Shown one piece after another: positions 17,720 through 27,032 of a DNA stretch of 37,504 nt (position 1 is the first letter of the stretch; every line of letters starts with the position of its first letter). The notes below the pieces were generated by a model. That model made no database searches, was not told the DNA's origin, and saw nothing but the letters and a program-made list of their open reading frames with translations. The position numbers and the translations under genes were made by a program. The stretch lies in assembly GCA_052390515.1 (NCBI GenBank), contig JBQTGV010000047.1:1-37504 (forward strand), written 5' to 3'. The stretch is from Candidatus Eiseniibacteriota bacterium. Its GTDB lineage: Bacteria; ARS69.

Positions 17720-20703
17720 GTTCGGCCCTGGGCGGCGCGGCCTCGAGGGTCGCCGAGGCCGCGCAGGCGATGGAGCCGGTCGAGTTCGGGCCGTGGCAGG
17801 GGTTCTATCCGTCCCTACCCGCCGACCTGTGCCCGAACGACTACGCGGCGAGGGACAGTCAGGAGTACGTCTACCTGCCCGCCTACGGGTACTGGCGACG
17901 TCGCTTCGGGCAGACGGCCAAGTTCAGTTCCGACACGGCCGGGCTGCTGCCGGCCAAGTGGTCGTCCAAGTGTCGGCAGATGGAGGAGTTCCTGTCGGAG
18001 TCCATCACCGACGGCATCCCCACGCTCATCGCGCTCGTCACCAAGGAAACCATCGCCTCGGGGCTCGACGACGGGCGCTACTCCAACGTGTGGATTCGGA
18101 ACCAGGTCAACAACACCAACTACACGCTCGGGTCTGAGTTCGACTCCTCGAGCTACCCGTCGGCGCCGGCCACCGGGGTGGAGCAGATCTTCAAGTTCGT
18201 CCCGCTCTGGTACGACTCGGGCGACGGTGGCCTGACGCGCGGCACGTCGGAGTTGAACCGACGGTTCCTCGTCTCGGGCTCGAGGCGGATGCTGCGGGTG
18301 GGCGACTGGTGGCACTTCCCGTCGCTCCACGGGACGCCGTCTCGGTGGCGCGGGAACTTCCGGCCGACCACGGGGCTGGCGGCTTCCATCACGCGGAACC
18401 GGCTGTTCCCGGCCGGTCCCATCTCGCCGACGCACTCGGGCACGGTGGCTGCCGGAACGCCTGCCGCCGAAGGGACGTGGAAGGGTAGCGACCGCTTCGC
18501 CTACGCGGTCATGTACCGCTACGAGGACGGCTCCATCTGGGCGCCGTGTCCGGTGCGGCTGCCCAACGACCGGCTCCCGGACGGGTTCGGTATCGCCACG
18601 GTGGATGCCGTCAACCCGGCAGCGACCTATCAGTCCATCCTATTCCAGGGCCTGCCCATCGGCCCGCATGGCGTCGTGTCGCGCATCGTTTGCCGTGGCC
18701 CCAAGGTGGACTCGACCGGACCCAACGCGCTCAACATCTCGCCCTACGACCTGCGCCCCATCTACGAGATCCGCGACAACACGGCGACCGAGTGGGAGTG
18801 CTTCGACGGGGACGACGCGACACTGGTGGCGCCCGAGGTGGCCGAGCGGTTCGTCCGTCACGACCTGATGATGCCGCCTCGGTCCCGGTACATCTTCGGC
18901 GGCGACATGCGCGTGTGCCACGCCTACGGCGGCGACAATCCGGCGGCCATCCAGATCGCGCCCGTGTCCTACACGCTGGCGAACGACCTGAACACCGATG
19001 ACATCGGCAGCGCCTACACGAACAACGGCTCCTACATGCTGTTCTCCATCAACCAGACGGACGAGACGGGCTCCCTGGTTCTCATCCAGACGGACAACGT
19101 CCCGGTCGTCAACAACACCGTGACCATCGACCTGGCGGTGGACGACACGCTCCAGAAGGTGGTGGACCGCATCAACGCGACGGAGATCGTGGGCGGGGGA
19201 AGGAAGTGGCGGGCGCAGTTGTGCCCGAACGCTAACCCGGACGCGAACCCGCTGACGGCGCTCACCCCGCACCGGCGCACCATCGAGGGCTGCGCCATCG
19301 TGTTGGGGCAGCCGAGAATCACGAACCCCACGGGCGGCCTCTCCAAGGTCGCCATCGGGGCTCGCATCAACGTGACCGGCGTCGGGGCGATGGATGCCTT
19401 CGTCGTCACGGCCATCGTGTCGGACACCGAACTCACCATCTCGTCCAACGCGACGGCCAACGCGGACCCGGTGGACGTGACGTTCTACTTCGAGCTGGGC
19501 GATGACCCGGTGCCGGGGACCACGGCCAAAGGCTACCAGCGAATCATCGCCAACTCGCTGCCCGGGTTCCTCTACTTCAACAAGACCGAACTCGACAAGT
19601 CTGGACTCAGGAAGGACGCGGTCTGGATGACGACCGCCGACCCCGGCACCAACAAGAGCGCCGCCAACTGCTTCTCGAGGCGCAGCGCCAACCGCCACAC
19701 GCCGCCGGTCCATGCCGGGCCGTGTCAGGGCGGCGGGGCGGTGGACAACGGGTTCGTCGTGTTCTGGGCCAACAAGCGCGGCGCCATCCGCAACACCAAG
19801 GACTCCGGCACCGGGCTCGACCAGGACTATCGTCTGTTCATCACGAACGAAGTGTCCGGCTGTTCCTCGTGGAACACCATCGCCGTGGGCAATCGGTTCG
19901 TGGCGGCGCTGACCCCGGGCGGCATCATCGCGGCAGACCTGTTCAACGAGGTGCTGATCTCGGAGGCGCTCTGGTCGAGAGAACTCAACGAGACGGACAG
20001 CAGCTATCTCCTCACGCCGATGATGAAGAACGACCTCGCGGCGACCGGGGCGGATACCGACACGGCGCGAGCGCACGCACGCATCATGCGAGGGGCGCTA
20101 TACTTCACGTTTCAGGCCACTGGTGCCAACCACCCTGCGCGGTACCTTGCCTACGACTTCTCATTGGGCACAGAGTCCAGCGGCCTGTCATCCCTGTTGC
20201 GGGCGCCGGGGCGACCGTGGGGATGGTCAACGACTCTCCGGCAGTCGTTTTCCGCGTTCGTGGACGCCCGCCGGGACGACGGGCAGCACCTCTACGGATG
20301 GAACGAGGCCAACTCGGGGACCGGCGATGGGCGCTTGGACGAGTTCGGGACCGGAGAGACGGACAACGGTTCGGCCATCTCGCTGCCGCAGCTCCACACG
20401 CCGTGGGTGCGCGGCGCGGCGGGACAGCGAATCTCGGCGCAGGAGGTCCGCTACGAGCACAACACTCCGTCTGGAGCGACCCTCGCCCTGACCTTCTTCC
20501 GGGGCTCGGCGGCCAGCGAGACTCACGCCATGACTCCGGCGAGCGAGGACACGTCGGGCTTCTCCGACGCGCTCAAGTTCCTGCCGCAGGAGCAGCGCGT
20601 GGGGACGGATTCCTGCAAACTCGTGTGGGCGCAGTCGGCCGGCACGGCGGGACAGTTGCGTAAACTGGCGCTCTACTTGAAGCGCCTGCCGTTCTACGGG
20701 TAG
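17716..20703 (+). CDS. Tail nozzle / stabilisation protein (P22 gp10 / T7 gp12-like beta-propeller)
   Basis: ~995 aa, beta-rich, follows the adaptors and precedes the ejection proteins; start ATG 17716 (ATGA overlap) rather than 17461. Confidence 0.7.
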   Translation: MSSALGGAASRVAEAAQAMEPVEFGPWQGFYPSLPADLCPNDYAARDSQEYVYLPAYGYWRRRFGQTAKFSSDTAGLLPAKWSSKCRQMEEFLSESITDGIPTLIALVTKETIASGLDDGRYSNVWIRNQVNNTNYTLGSEFDSSSYPSAPATGVEQIFKFVPLWYDSGDGGLTRGTSELNRRFLVSGSRRMLRVGDWWHFPSLHGTPSRWRGNFRPTTGLAASITRNRLFPAGPISPTHSGTVAAGTPAAEGTWKGSDRFAYAVMYRYEDGSIWAPCPVRLPNDRLPDGFGIATVDAVNPAATYQSILFQGLPIGPHGVVSRIVCRGPKVDSTGPNALNISPYDLRPIYEIRDNTATEWECFDGDDATLVAPEVAERFVRHDLMMPPRSRYIFGGDMRVCHAYGGDNPAAIQIAPVSYTLANDLNTDDIGSAYTNNGSYMLFSINQTDETGSLVLIQTDNVPVVNNTVTIDLAVDDTLQKVVDRINATEIVGGGRKWRAQLCPNANPDANPLTALTPHRRTIEGCAIVLGQPRITNPTGGLSKVAIGARINVTGVGAMDAFVVTAIVSDTELTISSNATANADPVDVTFYFELGDDPVPGTTAKGYQRIIANSLPGFLYFNKTELDKSGLRKDAVWMTTADPGTNKSAANCFSRRSANRHTPPVHAGPCQGGGAVDNGFVVFWANKRGAIRNTKDSGTGLDQDYRLFITNEVSGCSSWNTIAVGNRFVAALTPGGIIAADLFNEVLISEALWSRELNETDSSYLLTPMMKNDLAATGADTDTARAHARIMRGALYFTFQATGANHPARYLAYDFSLGTESSGLSSLLRAPGRPWGWSTTLRQSFSAFVDARRDDGQHLYGWNEANSGTGDGRLDEFGTGETDNGSAISLPQLHTPWVRGAAGQRISAQEVRYEHNTPSGATLALTFFRGSAASETHAMTPASEDTSGFSDALKFLPQEQRVGTDSCKLVWAQSAGTAGQLRKLALYLKRLPFYG

Positions 20704-20724
20704 CATCATTCACGGGAGGCACGG

Positions 20725-21609
20725 ATGCCAGTCGCACCAGTGATGGGCCGGGGGGCAAGACGCCCCGCCGCGTTCACATCGTACGAGATCGCCGACTCGC
20801 CGAGTCAGCAGTTGATGCGGCCGCGCACGGCCATGCCCGGTGGCGTGGGCCGGCAGGCGGCTCCGGGCGGGGCCCGCTCCGGCGCACGCACCGCCGCCCC
20901 GGCTGGCTCGAGCCCGTGGTCGGTGGGCGCCCTGTCCCAGTTCGGCGGTGACGTTCGCCGTGCCGGCTGGCAGCCCGGGCAGCCCCTCCCCGGCGGGCTC
21001 AGGATGCCGGGCGGCACGACCACGCCGGCGCCATCCCCCGGCGCCCCGTGGGATCCCAACGACCCCTTCGGCGGGGCGGTCAACCTGCTCGACCCCATCC
21101 GGGCGCTCATCGCCAAGGGAGGCCGAGAGGGCGTGTTCGGCCAGAACTACCTCGTTGACCGCCTGCGCCCGCAGGCGCTCCGCAACGCCAACGCCGGGAG
21201 AACGCGTACGGCAACGCTGGCGGGCCTCTCCGGGCTCGACCCCATGCAGTACCGTGGTGCCCTCGTGGACGCCGACATCTCGGCCAATCAGGGCATGGTG
21301 GGCGCTCTCAACGAGGCCCAGTTGCAGGGCGACATGGGATACCGCCAGATGCTGCTCGACCTGCTCAACCGGGAGCGGTACGGGGTCGAGGCTCCGGGCG
21401 AGTCGGCCAACATCGACCGGCGCTTCCAGGAGTCCCAGCGCGGCGGTATTGGCGGGTTCTTGGGCGGCGTTCTGGGGACCGGCCTCGGGGCGTTGACGGG
21501 CGGGCTTGGCAGCGGCCTCGGGGCCCGCCTCGCGGGCGGATCCGGCCTCGGCCGGATGCTCGACGACGCCAGCATCTACAACCCGCCGACTCCGGCCCTC
21601 AGGCGCTGA
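20725..21609 (+). CDS. Ejection (internal virion) protein 1 with Gly-zipper
   Basis: Low complexity; C-terminal GGIGGFLGGVLGTGLGALTGGLGSGLG; position after the nozzle. Confidence 0.6.
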   Translation: MPVAPVMGRGARRPAAFTSYEIADSPSQQLMRPRTAMPGGVGRQAAPGGARSGARTAAPAGSSPWSVGALSQFGGDVRRAGWQPGQPLPGGLRMPGGTTTPAPSPGAPWDPNDPFGGAVNLLDPIRALIAKGGREGVFGQNYLVDRLRPQALRNANAGRTRTATLAGLSGLDPMQYRGALVDADISANQGMVGALNEAQLQGDMGYRQMLLDLLNRERYGVEAPGESANIDRRFQESQRGGIGGFLGGVLGTGLGALTGGLGSGLGARLAGGSGLGRMLDDASIYNPPTPALRR

Positions 21610-22778
21610 TGAGCGTCTACGACTTCAATCCGCCCTCCGACGAGGAACTGGAACTCCTCATCGGCCCGCCCCCGAACCCGAACGCCCAGTTCGAGGAGCA
21701 GGCGTTCACCGCGAACCCGGTGGAGCGCATCCTCGAGGGGCTCGCGCGTTCCGCCCCCCGCCCCCCGGGGCCGGCGCGGAACTTCGGCGAGGGGCTGGCC
21801 TACGGCTTCGTGGGCGGGCTTCAGGGCGAGGGCGCCAAGGTCGCCACGGCCCGCGAGCGGTTCGACCGGAGGCAGGAAGCGCGGCGGCTCAACTTCGACG
21901 AGCAGCGCCGGGTCGCCACCGAGAAGCACCGCGAGAAGAAGTACGACGTCATCCGCGAGGCGTTCAAGGAGCATCGGGGGGCCAAGGAAAAGGAGAAGAA
22001 GTTCGAACTGGACAACCCGATGGTCGCCGATGAGGACGTGAAGGCGTTCCCGGGCCTTGAGCGGTTCCGTGGCCGACGCATCAGCCGCGACCTGTACGAG
22101 GAGATCACGAGCGGGAAGCTGGAGCGTGGTCAGGCGGTTGCCGACCGTCAGGCGGCGGCGGCCGAGCGGGCGGCCGAGGCGGCAGAGCGAGCGGCCCGAC
22201 AGGAGGCTCGCCGCATCCAACTCGACCAGGTGAACAACCTCGAAGGACTCGTCACACAGTACCGGCTCGACAAGGACGTAGAGGGGTACCGAAACACGGC
22301 CGCGCACTATCGTGCGGCCCAGTCCGCCGCCGCACAGAAGAACGGCGTCGGCGACCATGCTCTCGTGTTCGCCTACATGCGGTCCCGGGAGCCGGAGAAT
22401 CCCAACGCGGTGCGTGAAGGGGAGTTCGACACAGCGTCCAAGGCCGTCGGTGCGATGCAGAACGTATTCCTCAAGGCCACGCTCAAGCGTTACCTGAAGG
22501 GCGACATCCTGCTCCCCGAGGGACGCCGCATCATCCTCGATACCATCAGGGAGGGCATGGAGGCCAACCGGCAGACGTTTGAGATTGCCAACGCCCAGTA
22601 TCGGCGCCGCGCGTCGCTCATCGGTATTCCTGACCCCGAGTCCTACTTCATGCGTAATCCTTCTACCGAGGTGCCCGGAGTGTTCGACCGTGAGCGCGGC
22701 ACCCTCACGCCTGACGCCAAGGCCAGAATCCACGCACAACTCGATAGCCTGCGGTCCGGCGCTGCGGCGAGTCCCTGA
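21609..22778 (+). CDS. Ejection (internal virion) protein 2
   Basis: Coiled-coil rich; GDHALVFAYMRS.EP...AVREGEF motif seen in podovirus internal proteins. Confidence 0.6.
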   Translation: MSVYDFNPPSDEELELLIGPPPNPNAQFEEQAFTANPVERILEGLARSAPRPPGPARNFGEGLAYGFVGGLQGEGAKVATARERFDRRQEARRLNFDEQRRVATEKHREKKYDVIREAFKEHRGAKEKEKKFELDNPMVADEDVKAFPGLERFRGRRISRDLYEEITSGKLERGQAVADRQAAAAERAAEAAERAARQEARRIQLDQVNNLEGLVTQYRLDKDVEGYRNTAAHYRAAQSAAAQKNGVGDHALVFAYMRSREPENPNAVREGEFDTASKAVGAMQNVFLKATLKRYLKGDILLPEGRRIILDTIREGMEANRQTFEIANAQYRRRASLIGIPDPESYFMRNPSTEVPGVFDRERGTLTPDAKARIHAQLDSLRSGAAASP

Positions 22779-24142
22779 TGGCAACCCAGCGATTCAGCAA
22801 GGCAGAGGTCGATAGCCTGCTCGACCGGAACCCGTCCATGACTGCCGAGGACATCTTCGCTCTGGAGCAGCGGGGGATGGCTGGCCGGCTCAACGAGATT
22901 CTCGGGCCGCCGCCGGCTGGCGAGGAGAACGTGCGGGCCAGACTGCTCGGGACGCTGCCTCCGGTTGCTGGCGGCGTGGCCGGAACCGCAGCCGGCATCC
23001 TCACGCGCAGTCCTCAGGCGGCCGCGCTTGCCGGCGGTGCGGGCGCTGCGGGCGGCAGGATGCTTGAGAACCTGGGCCGAGAGACGATGGGCCTCCCGCG
23101 TCGCACCGGAACCATCGAGCGCATGGCCGAGGAGGGCGGCGCCCAGTTGCCCGACCTGCTGGGGCGTGGGTTGGACGTGGGGGAGCAGGCGCTGGGCTCT
23201 GGCGTCATCGAGGGGCTGTCGGCGGGAGCCTTCGGAGCGTTGCCGGGACGTGGCACCGGTGCCATCGCGGGCGGACTTGCGCGGATGGGCGAGAAGAAGA
23301 AGGCTGAAAAGGCCGTGGAGAATGTTGCCCGAAACCGTCAACTACGCGAGGCCAAGCGCGTGCCGGTGTCACGCCTCACCGAGATTGCCGAGCGTGCGCG
23401 CATCGAGCGCGAATCGGCCGGAGCGGACAAGGACGCCATCATCGGTGACGCTCCGGGCGAGGTCACGTTCGGGGAGATCGTGAAGCGCGTACAGCGGTCG
23501 CTCGCGTCGGGTCCGACGCGCAAGGCCCCCGAGCGCCGACAGTTGCAGAAGCGCATCCGCGCCACCCTGGAGTCCGTCATGGACCGGGCCAGCGCCGGCG
23601 CCGTGAGCGGTCGCCAAACGGTGTTCAACATCCGGGAGGCAGACTGGGCCAAGACGGCGTTCGACCGGGCGGCCCGCCGCGCACATGAGCAGACGGCCGG
23701 CGGCGTCGGACATGACCCCGACCTCGCCCAGTTGATCTCAAACGCCTTCCGCGATGCCGTCGAGGAGCGGATTCCGACCGTGCGCGACGTGAATGCCGCC
23801 TACAACACTGCCCGCCGCGCGGACGTGGGCGCTCGTCGTACGCTGGGAAGGGCCACGGACCCGTCCGTCCAGAGGCTTCAGGCGGCGCGGGACCAAGCGC
23901 AGGATGAAGCGGTGCGGCTGGCGACGATGACGGGGAACACGGAGCCGCTGCTGAACCCGACCATCGGCATGGGCGGACAGGTGTGGTTCCACCCTCCCAA
24001 GCTCGGCACGCTGTTGTCGCGGGGTGGGGAGATTCTTGGCAATCCAGCAGTGACGCGAACTGGGCGCGTGACCCCAGAACTGTTGAACGCTCTCCTAAGA
24101 CTAGGCGAGCCGGAATTGGACCCATCACTCAACCGGAGGTGA
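22778..24142 (+). CDS. Ejection (internal virion) protein 3
   Basis: Ala/Gly-rich membrane-active segment (PVAGGVAGTAAGILT..AALAGGAGAAGG), helical remainder. Confidence 0.6.
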   Translation: MATQRFSKAEVDSLLDRNPSMTAEDIFALEQRGMAGRLNEILGPPPAGEENVRARLLGTLPPVAGGVAGTAAGILTRSPQAAALAGGAGAAGGRMLENLGRETMGLPRRTGTIERMAEEGGAQLPDLLGRGLDVGEQALGSGVIEGLSAGAFGALPGRGTGAIAGGLARMGEKKKAEKAVENVARNRQLREAKRVPVSRLTEIAERARIERESAGADKDAIIGDAPGEVTFGEIVKRVQRSLASGPTRKAPERRQLQKRIRATLESVMDRASAGAVSGRQTVFNIREADWAKTAFDRAARRAHEQTAGGVGHDPDLAQLISNAFRDAVEERIPTVRDVNAAYNTARRADVGARRTLGRATDPSVQRLQAARDQAQDEAVRLATMTGNTEPLLNPTIGMGGQVWFHPPKLGTLLSRGGEILGNPAVTRTGRVTPELLNALLRLGEPELDPSLNRR

Positions 24143-24149
24143 TTCGACG

Positions 24150-24881
24150 ATGAAGCGTAGCGTCTTTCTCAGTGTGCTGCTGGCGATGGCGATTCCGCTC
24201 GTCGTCATTGGCCAGACGGTGATTCAGGACGGGACGAGCTTCCGGCGTCAGATTCAGGGAGCGCCGGTCATGCTGCTGGACCCGTCCGACTCGACGGGGC
24301 AGGCGGCGCGGACGGATGGGAGCGGGAACCTGCTCGTGACCGACGCCGACCGCGACCGCGACCTGACGTTCCATGCCGAGATGATCTCGTCGGATTCTCT
24401 CCGGGCCAACGGAGATTCGTCGGTGGTCACGACGCTGAACGGAGCGAGCAGCCTGATTCTCGTCCTGAAGGGCTGCCCGAAGGTCACGACCACTTCGATC
24501 AGCCGAGTGGCGATTCAGTTCCGCACCCACGTCCTAGGGGTTTCGGACTCGTCGAAAACGGTGCCGCTATACCTCTACGGCTCTACCGGCACGGGGGTCA
24601 GCGCGGCGGTGGGTTCGGACAGTATGGTGGTCGGTCACACGCGGGCGGGTACGGCGAACGCCCCGTGGCCGGAGGAGATGGTCGTCTACTTCGACTTGGC
24701 TCGCTGCGGTCCCAACGGCAGCGCCTCGTCCACACTGTTCTACCCCGGAGGCATCGCCATCCCGCTCGACAACCTGTTCGGTCGCGGTGTCAGGCTCCAG
24801 AACATCAGCATCCGGGCACGGCTCATCTCCGGCCCCGCCGTTGCCGGCTTCACGGCTACCCTCATCGGGACCGGGCTGTGA
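24150..24881 (+). CDS. Sec-signal-peptide protein in the tail-fibre slot; fibre-like repeat plus beta-sandwich head
   Basis: GGAGGT SD; MKRSVFLSVLLAMAIPLVVIG|Q signal; ARTDGSGNLLVT resembles phage fibre shaft repeats; beta-rich C-terminal domain. Confidence 0.7.
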   Translation: MKRSVFLSVLLAMAIPLVVIGQTVIQDGTSFRRQIQGAPVMLLDPSDSTGQAARTDGSGNLLVTDADRDRDLTFHAEMISSDSLRANGDSSVVTTLNGASSLILVLKGCPKVTTTSISRVAIQFRTHVLGVSDSSKTVPLYLYGSTGTGVSAAVGSDSMVVGHTRAGTANAPWPEEMVVYFDLARCGPNGSASSTLFYPGGIAIPLDNLFGRGVRLQNISIRARLISGPAVAGFTATLIGTGL

Positions 24882-26908
24882 TGCGGTGGGGCCTGCTGCT
24901 AGTCGGGTTGCTGGCCGCCAGCCCTGCACCGGCCAAGGTTCTCGTAGTGGAGCACTACGTCAATCACGGGCTGTCTGCCGAGGCGACCGTTGACGCTCAG
25001 GTGATTCACGCCAGGTCGGCCAAGGTGCTGAGGAACATCCTCAACCGGAGCGGGGCAGACTATCGATGGGTTGACTACAAACAGACCCAGACGGAGTACT
25101 TCCGCAACGGGTATCAGGTCTGGGGGTACGGTTCTCCTGGGGCGACCGTTGAAACCTTCGACGGGGTCATCCACCTCAACTTCGGCGGCGTTCAGGGCAA
25201 TCGTCGCGCGGCGGCCAACGGTACGCTTACCGTTGGCAACCGCGCCAGGGTCGATAGCATGTTGTTCGGTGGATCGACGAAGGCCCCCACGAAGCCCCAG
25301 TTGGTGCTCATCAACAACACGATGGCGCTGATCGGTAGCACGACATATGAAGAGATGTTCGACGCTATCAACTGCACCACGGGGGTGAACGCTCTAAGCG
25401 GCGGGTCGTTCATGTATCCGGCATCGGAGCCGACCAGGCCGTTCATCGTGGGAAGTTACGTTTCGGCGTTGGTGATGAATACGACTCCCCCGGATGGTGG
25501 CGTGAGGGTTCACCTGAAGTCGAGCACCGTTGCGCCGTACCACTCCCTCACCTATGACCCTCCCGCCAGCCTGACGTATTCGTGGCCCGACAGCATCGTG
25601 CCGGGCGCTGCCGACACGGCGGTGGTGTGGGAGAGGCTCATGTCCCACATCAACGGGTCGGCGCCCATCGTGTTCGCCAGCACCGCTGGCGCCGGCTACC
25701 CGGCAGACTCGATCTACAACACTGACGCTGTGATGCACGCCCCCGGAGAGTTGGAGTCGTCGATTATCTTGTATGCGCTGGCCCGCTTCGATTCTCTTAC
25801 GAATGGCGGCGTGTGGCCGACTGGCAAGGTGCCGGTGAAGCTTGGGTTGACGATTGACGGCGGATTCGCCCGCAACGCCCGACTTCACCCGCGAGGAATA
25901 CTCGCGGCAGACTCCTCGGCTCTCAAGTCCAGCATCGACTCTCTGGCCGCCTTGGACATCCCGTTCGTCGTAGGCGTCAACGTCTGCTCAGTGGCAACGT
26001 ATCCCAGCGAGAAGGGATGGTGGGCGGCTGCTCGCAAGGCACGATACTCGCCGCAGCCGTGGACCGGCATCGACAGTACGGCCAACAGCGGGAACTCGTC
26101 GTTCCTGCTCCCGATCGACATGTGGGGGCGCTATCGGAAGCGCATCGCGTTCGGAGACTCATCGGCGACGGGGCGAGACACTAGTCTGTGGGCGCTGTTT
26201 CGTGGCGGGCTCTACAAGTGCGACTCCATCTTCGGGAGCGACCGGGTGTCTCGCTTCGCCTTGCCGCCCGACGACGATTGGACTCCGCGCGGCATGAACA
26301 ACTCGTCATCCGGCCCCGGCGTTGATTCTGTGTTGTTCGCCATGAAACGCGCCGGCTTCGTCGGGGTACGCTCCAACACCACCGACCGTGATTGCGACCC
26401 CGAGTATCTGCCGGGCAACCCGCGCGGCTGGCATGTCAGACAGGGCGTCTACCGTGACGCCCGGAATGGCAAGTTCAAGGTGCTGGGATATCCCGGCTAT
26501 CCGCTCGGTGGAGGCAGTAGGTTGATGGTTGCCGTCACCGACACCACCCACCCATATTCTGCGGGGTTGGTCGGGAAGCTTTACTCGGAGATTTATCGCG
26601 CATGGCAGGGGATGTGGCAGCTCCAGGACTGGAACTACGACGCGTTCCCGACGAACGACGTTGTCTACCCGGACAGCAGGGTGTGGGATGGCGTGGAGTT
26701 CAACATAAAGGACCGTCTCTACGCTGAGAAGAAACTGGGAAGCCTGATTCGCTTGTCTGCTTGCGATTTTTCCGGCGACCCGAACGGCCCTCCTGCTAGG
26801 CTTGGGTGGTGGACGGTCAAGAGCCTTGCCAACCAGTTCCGCGCCATCAACAACGCGGCGAACCGAAGCATCGTTATCTTCGCCTACCCCGAGGACATCA
26901 ACCCATGA
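24881..26908 (+). CDS. Large Sec-signal-peptide protein, 675 aa, with degenerate polysaccharide-deacetylase (NodB)-like barrel
   Basis: TGATG coupling; MRWGLLLVGLLAASPAPA|K signal; LGLTIDGG, LDIPFVVGVN, FALPP and KRAGFVGVR resemble CE4 motifs but lack the DD/His metal ligands. Confidence 0.65.
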   Translation: MRWGLLLVGLLAASPAPAKVLVVEHYVNHGLSAEATVDAQVIHARSAKVLRNILNRSGADYRWVDYKQTQTEYFRNGYQVWGYGSPGATVETFDGVIHLNFGGVQGNRRAAANGTLTVGNRARVDSMLFGGSTKAPTKPQLVLINNTMALIGSTTYEEMFDAINCTTGVNALSGGSFMYPASEPTRPFIVGSYVSALVMNTTPPDGGVRVHLKSSTVAPYHSLTYDPPASLTYSWPDSIVPGAADTAVVWERLMSHINGSAPIVFASTAGAGYPADSIYNTDAVMHAPGELESSIILYALARFDSLTNGGVWPTGKVPVKLGLTIDGGFARNARLHPRGILAADSSALKSSIDSLAALDIPFVVGVNVCSVATYPSEKGWWAAARKARYSPQPWTGIDSTANSGNSSFLLPIDMWGRYRKRIAFGDSSATGRDTSLWALFRGGLYKCDSIFGSDRVSRFALPPDDDWTPRGMNNSSSGPGVDSVLFAMKRAGFVGVRSNTTDRDCDPEYLPGNPRGWHVRQGVYRDARNGKFKVLGYPGYPLGGGSRLMVAVTDTTHPYSAGLVGKLYSEIYRAWQGMWQLQDWNYDAFPTNDVVYPDSRVWDGVEFNIKDRLYAEKKLGSLIRLSACDFSGDPNGPPARLGWWTVKSLANQFRAINNAANRSIVIFAYPEDINP

Positions 26909-27027
26909 CCACTCCCCGTCCGGGCGTGACACGCAAACCACTAACCACAGGAGGGTCCTCAGCGAGACAGACACCCTGTCGATTGGGAGGAGTTCGCATC
27001 ACCGAAGCGCCCGGACGGGGGGTCGGT
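26908..27027 (+). ncRNA. Candidate structured RNA element before the endolysin
   Basis: 16-bp stem (26911-26926 with 27008-27023, one G-U pair) enclosing a nested TCCTC..GACAG-loop-CTGTC..GAGGA hairpin; also spanned by a 43-codon ORF 26905-27036. Confidence 0.45.
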
Positions 27028-27032
27028 GAACC

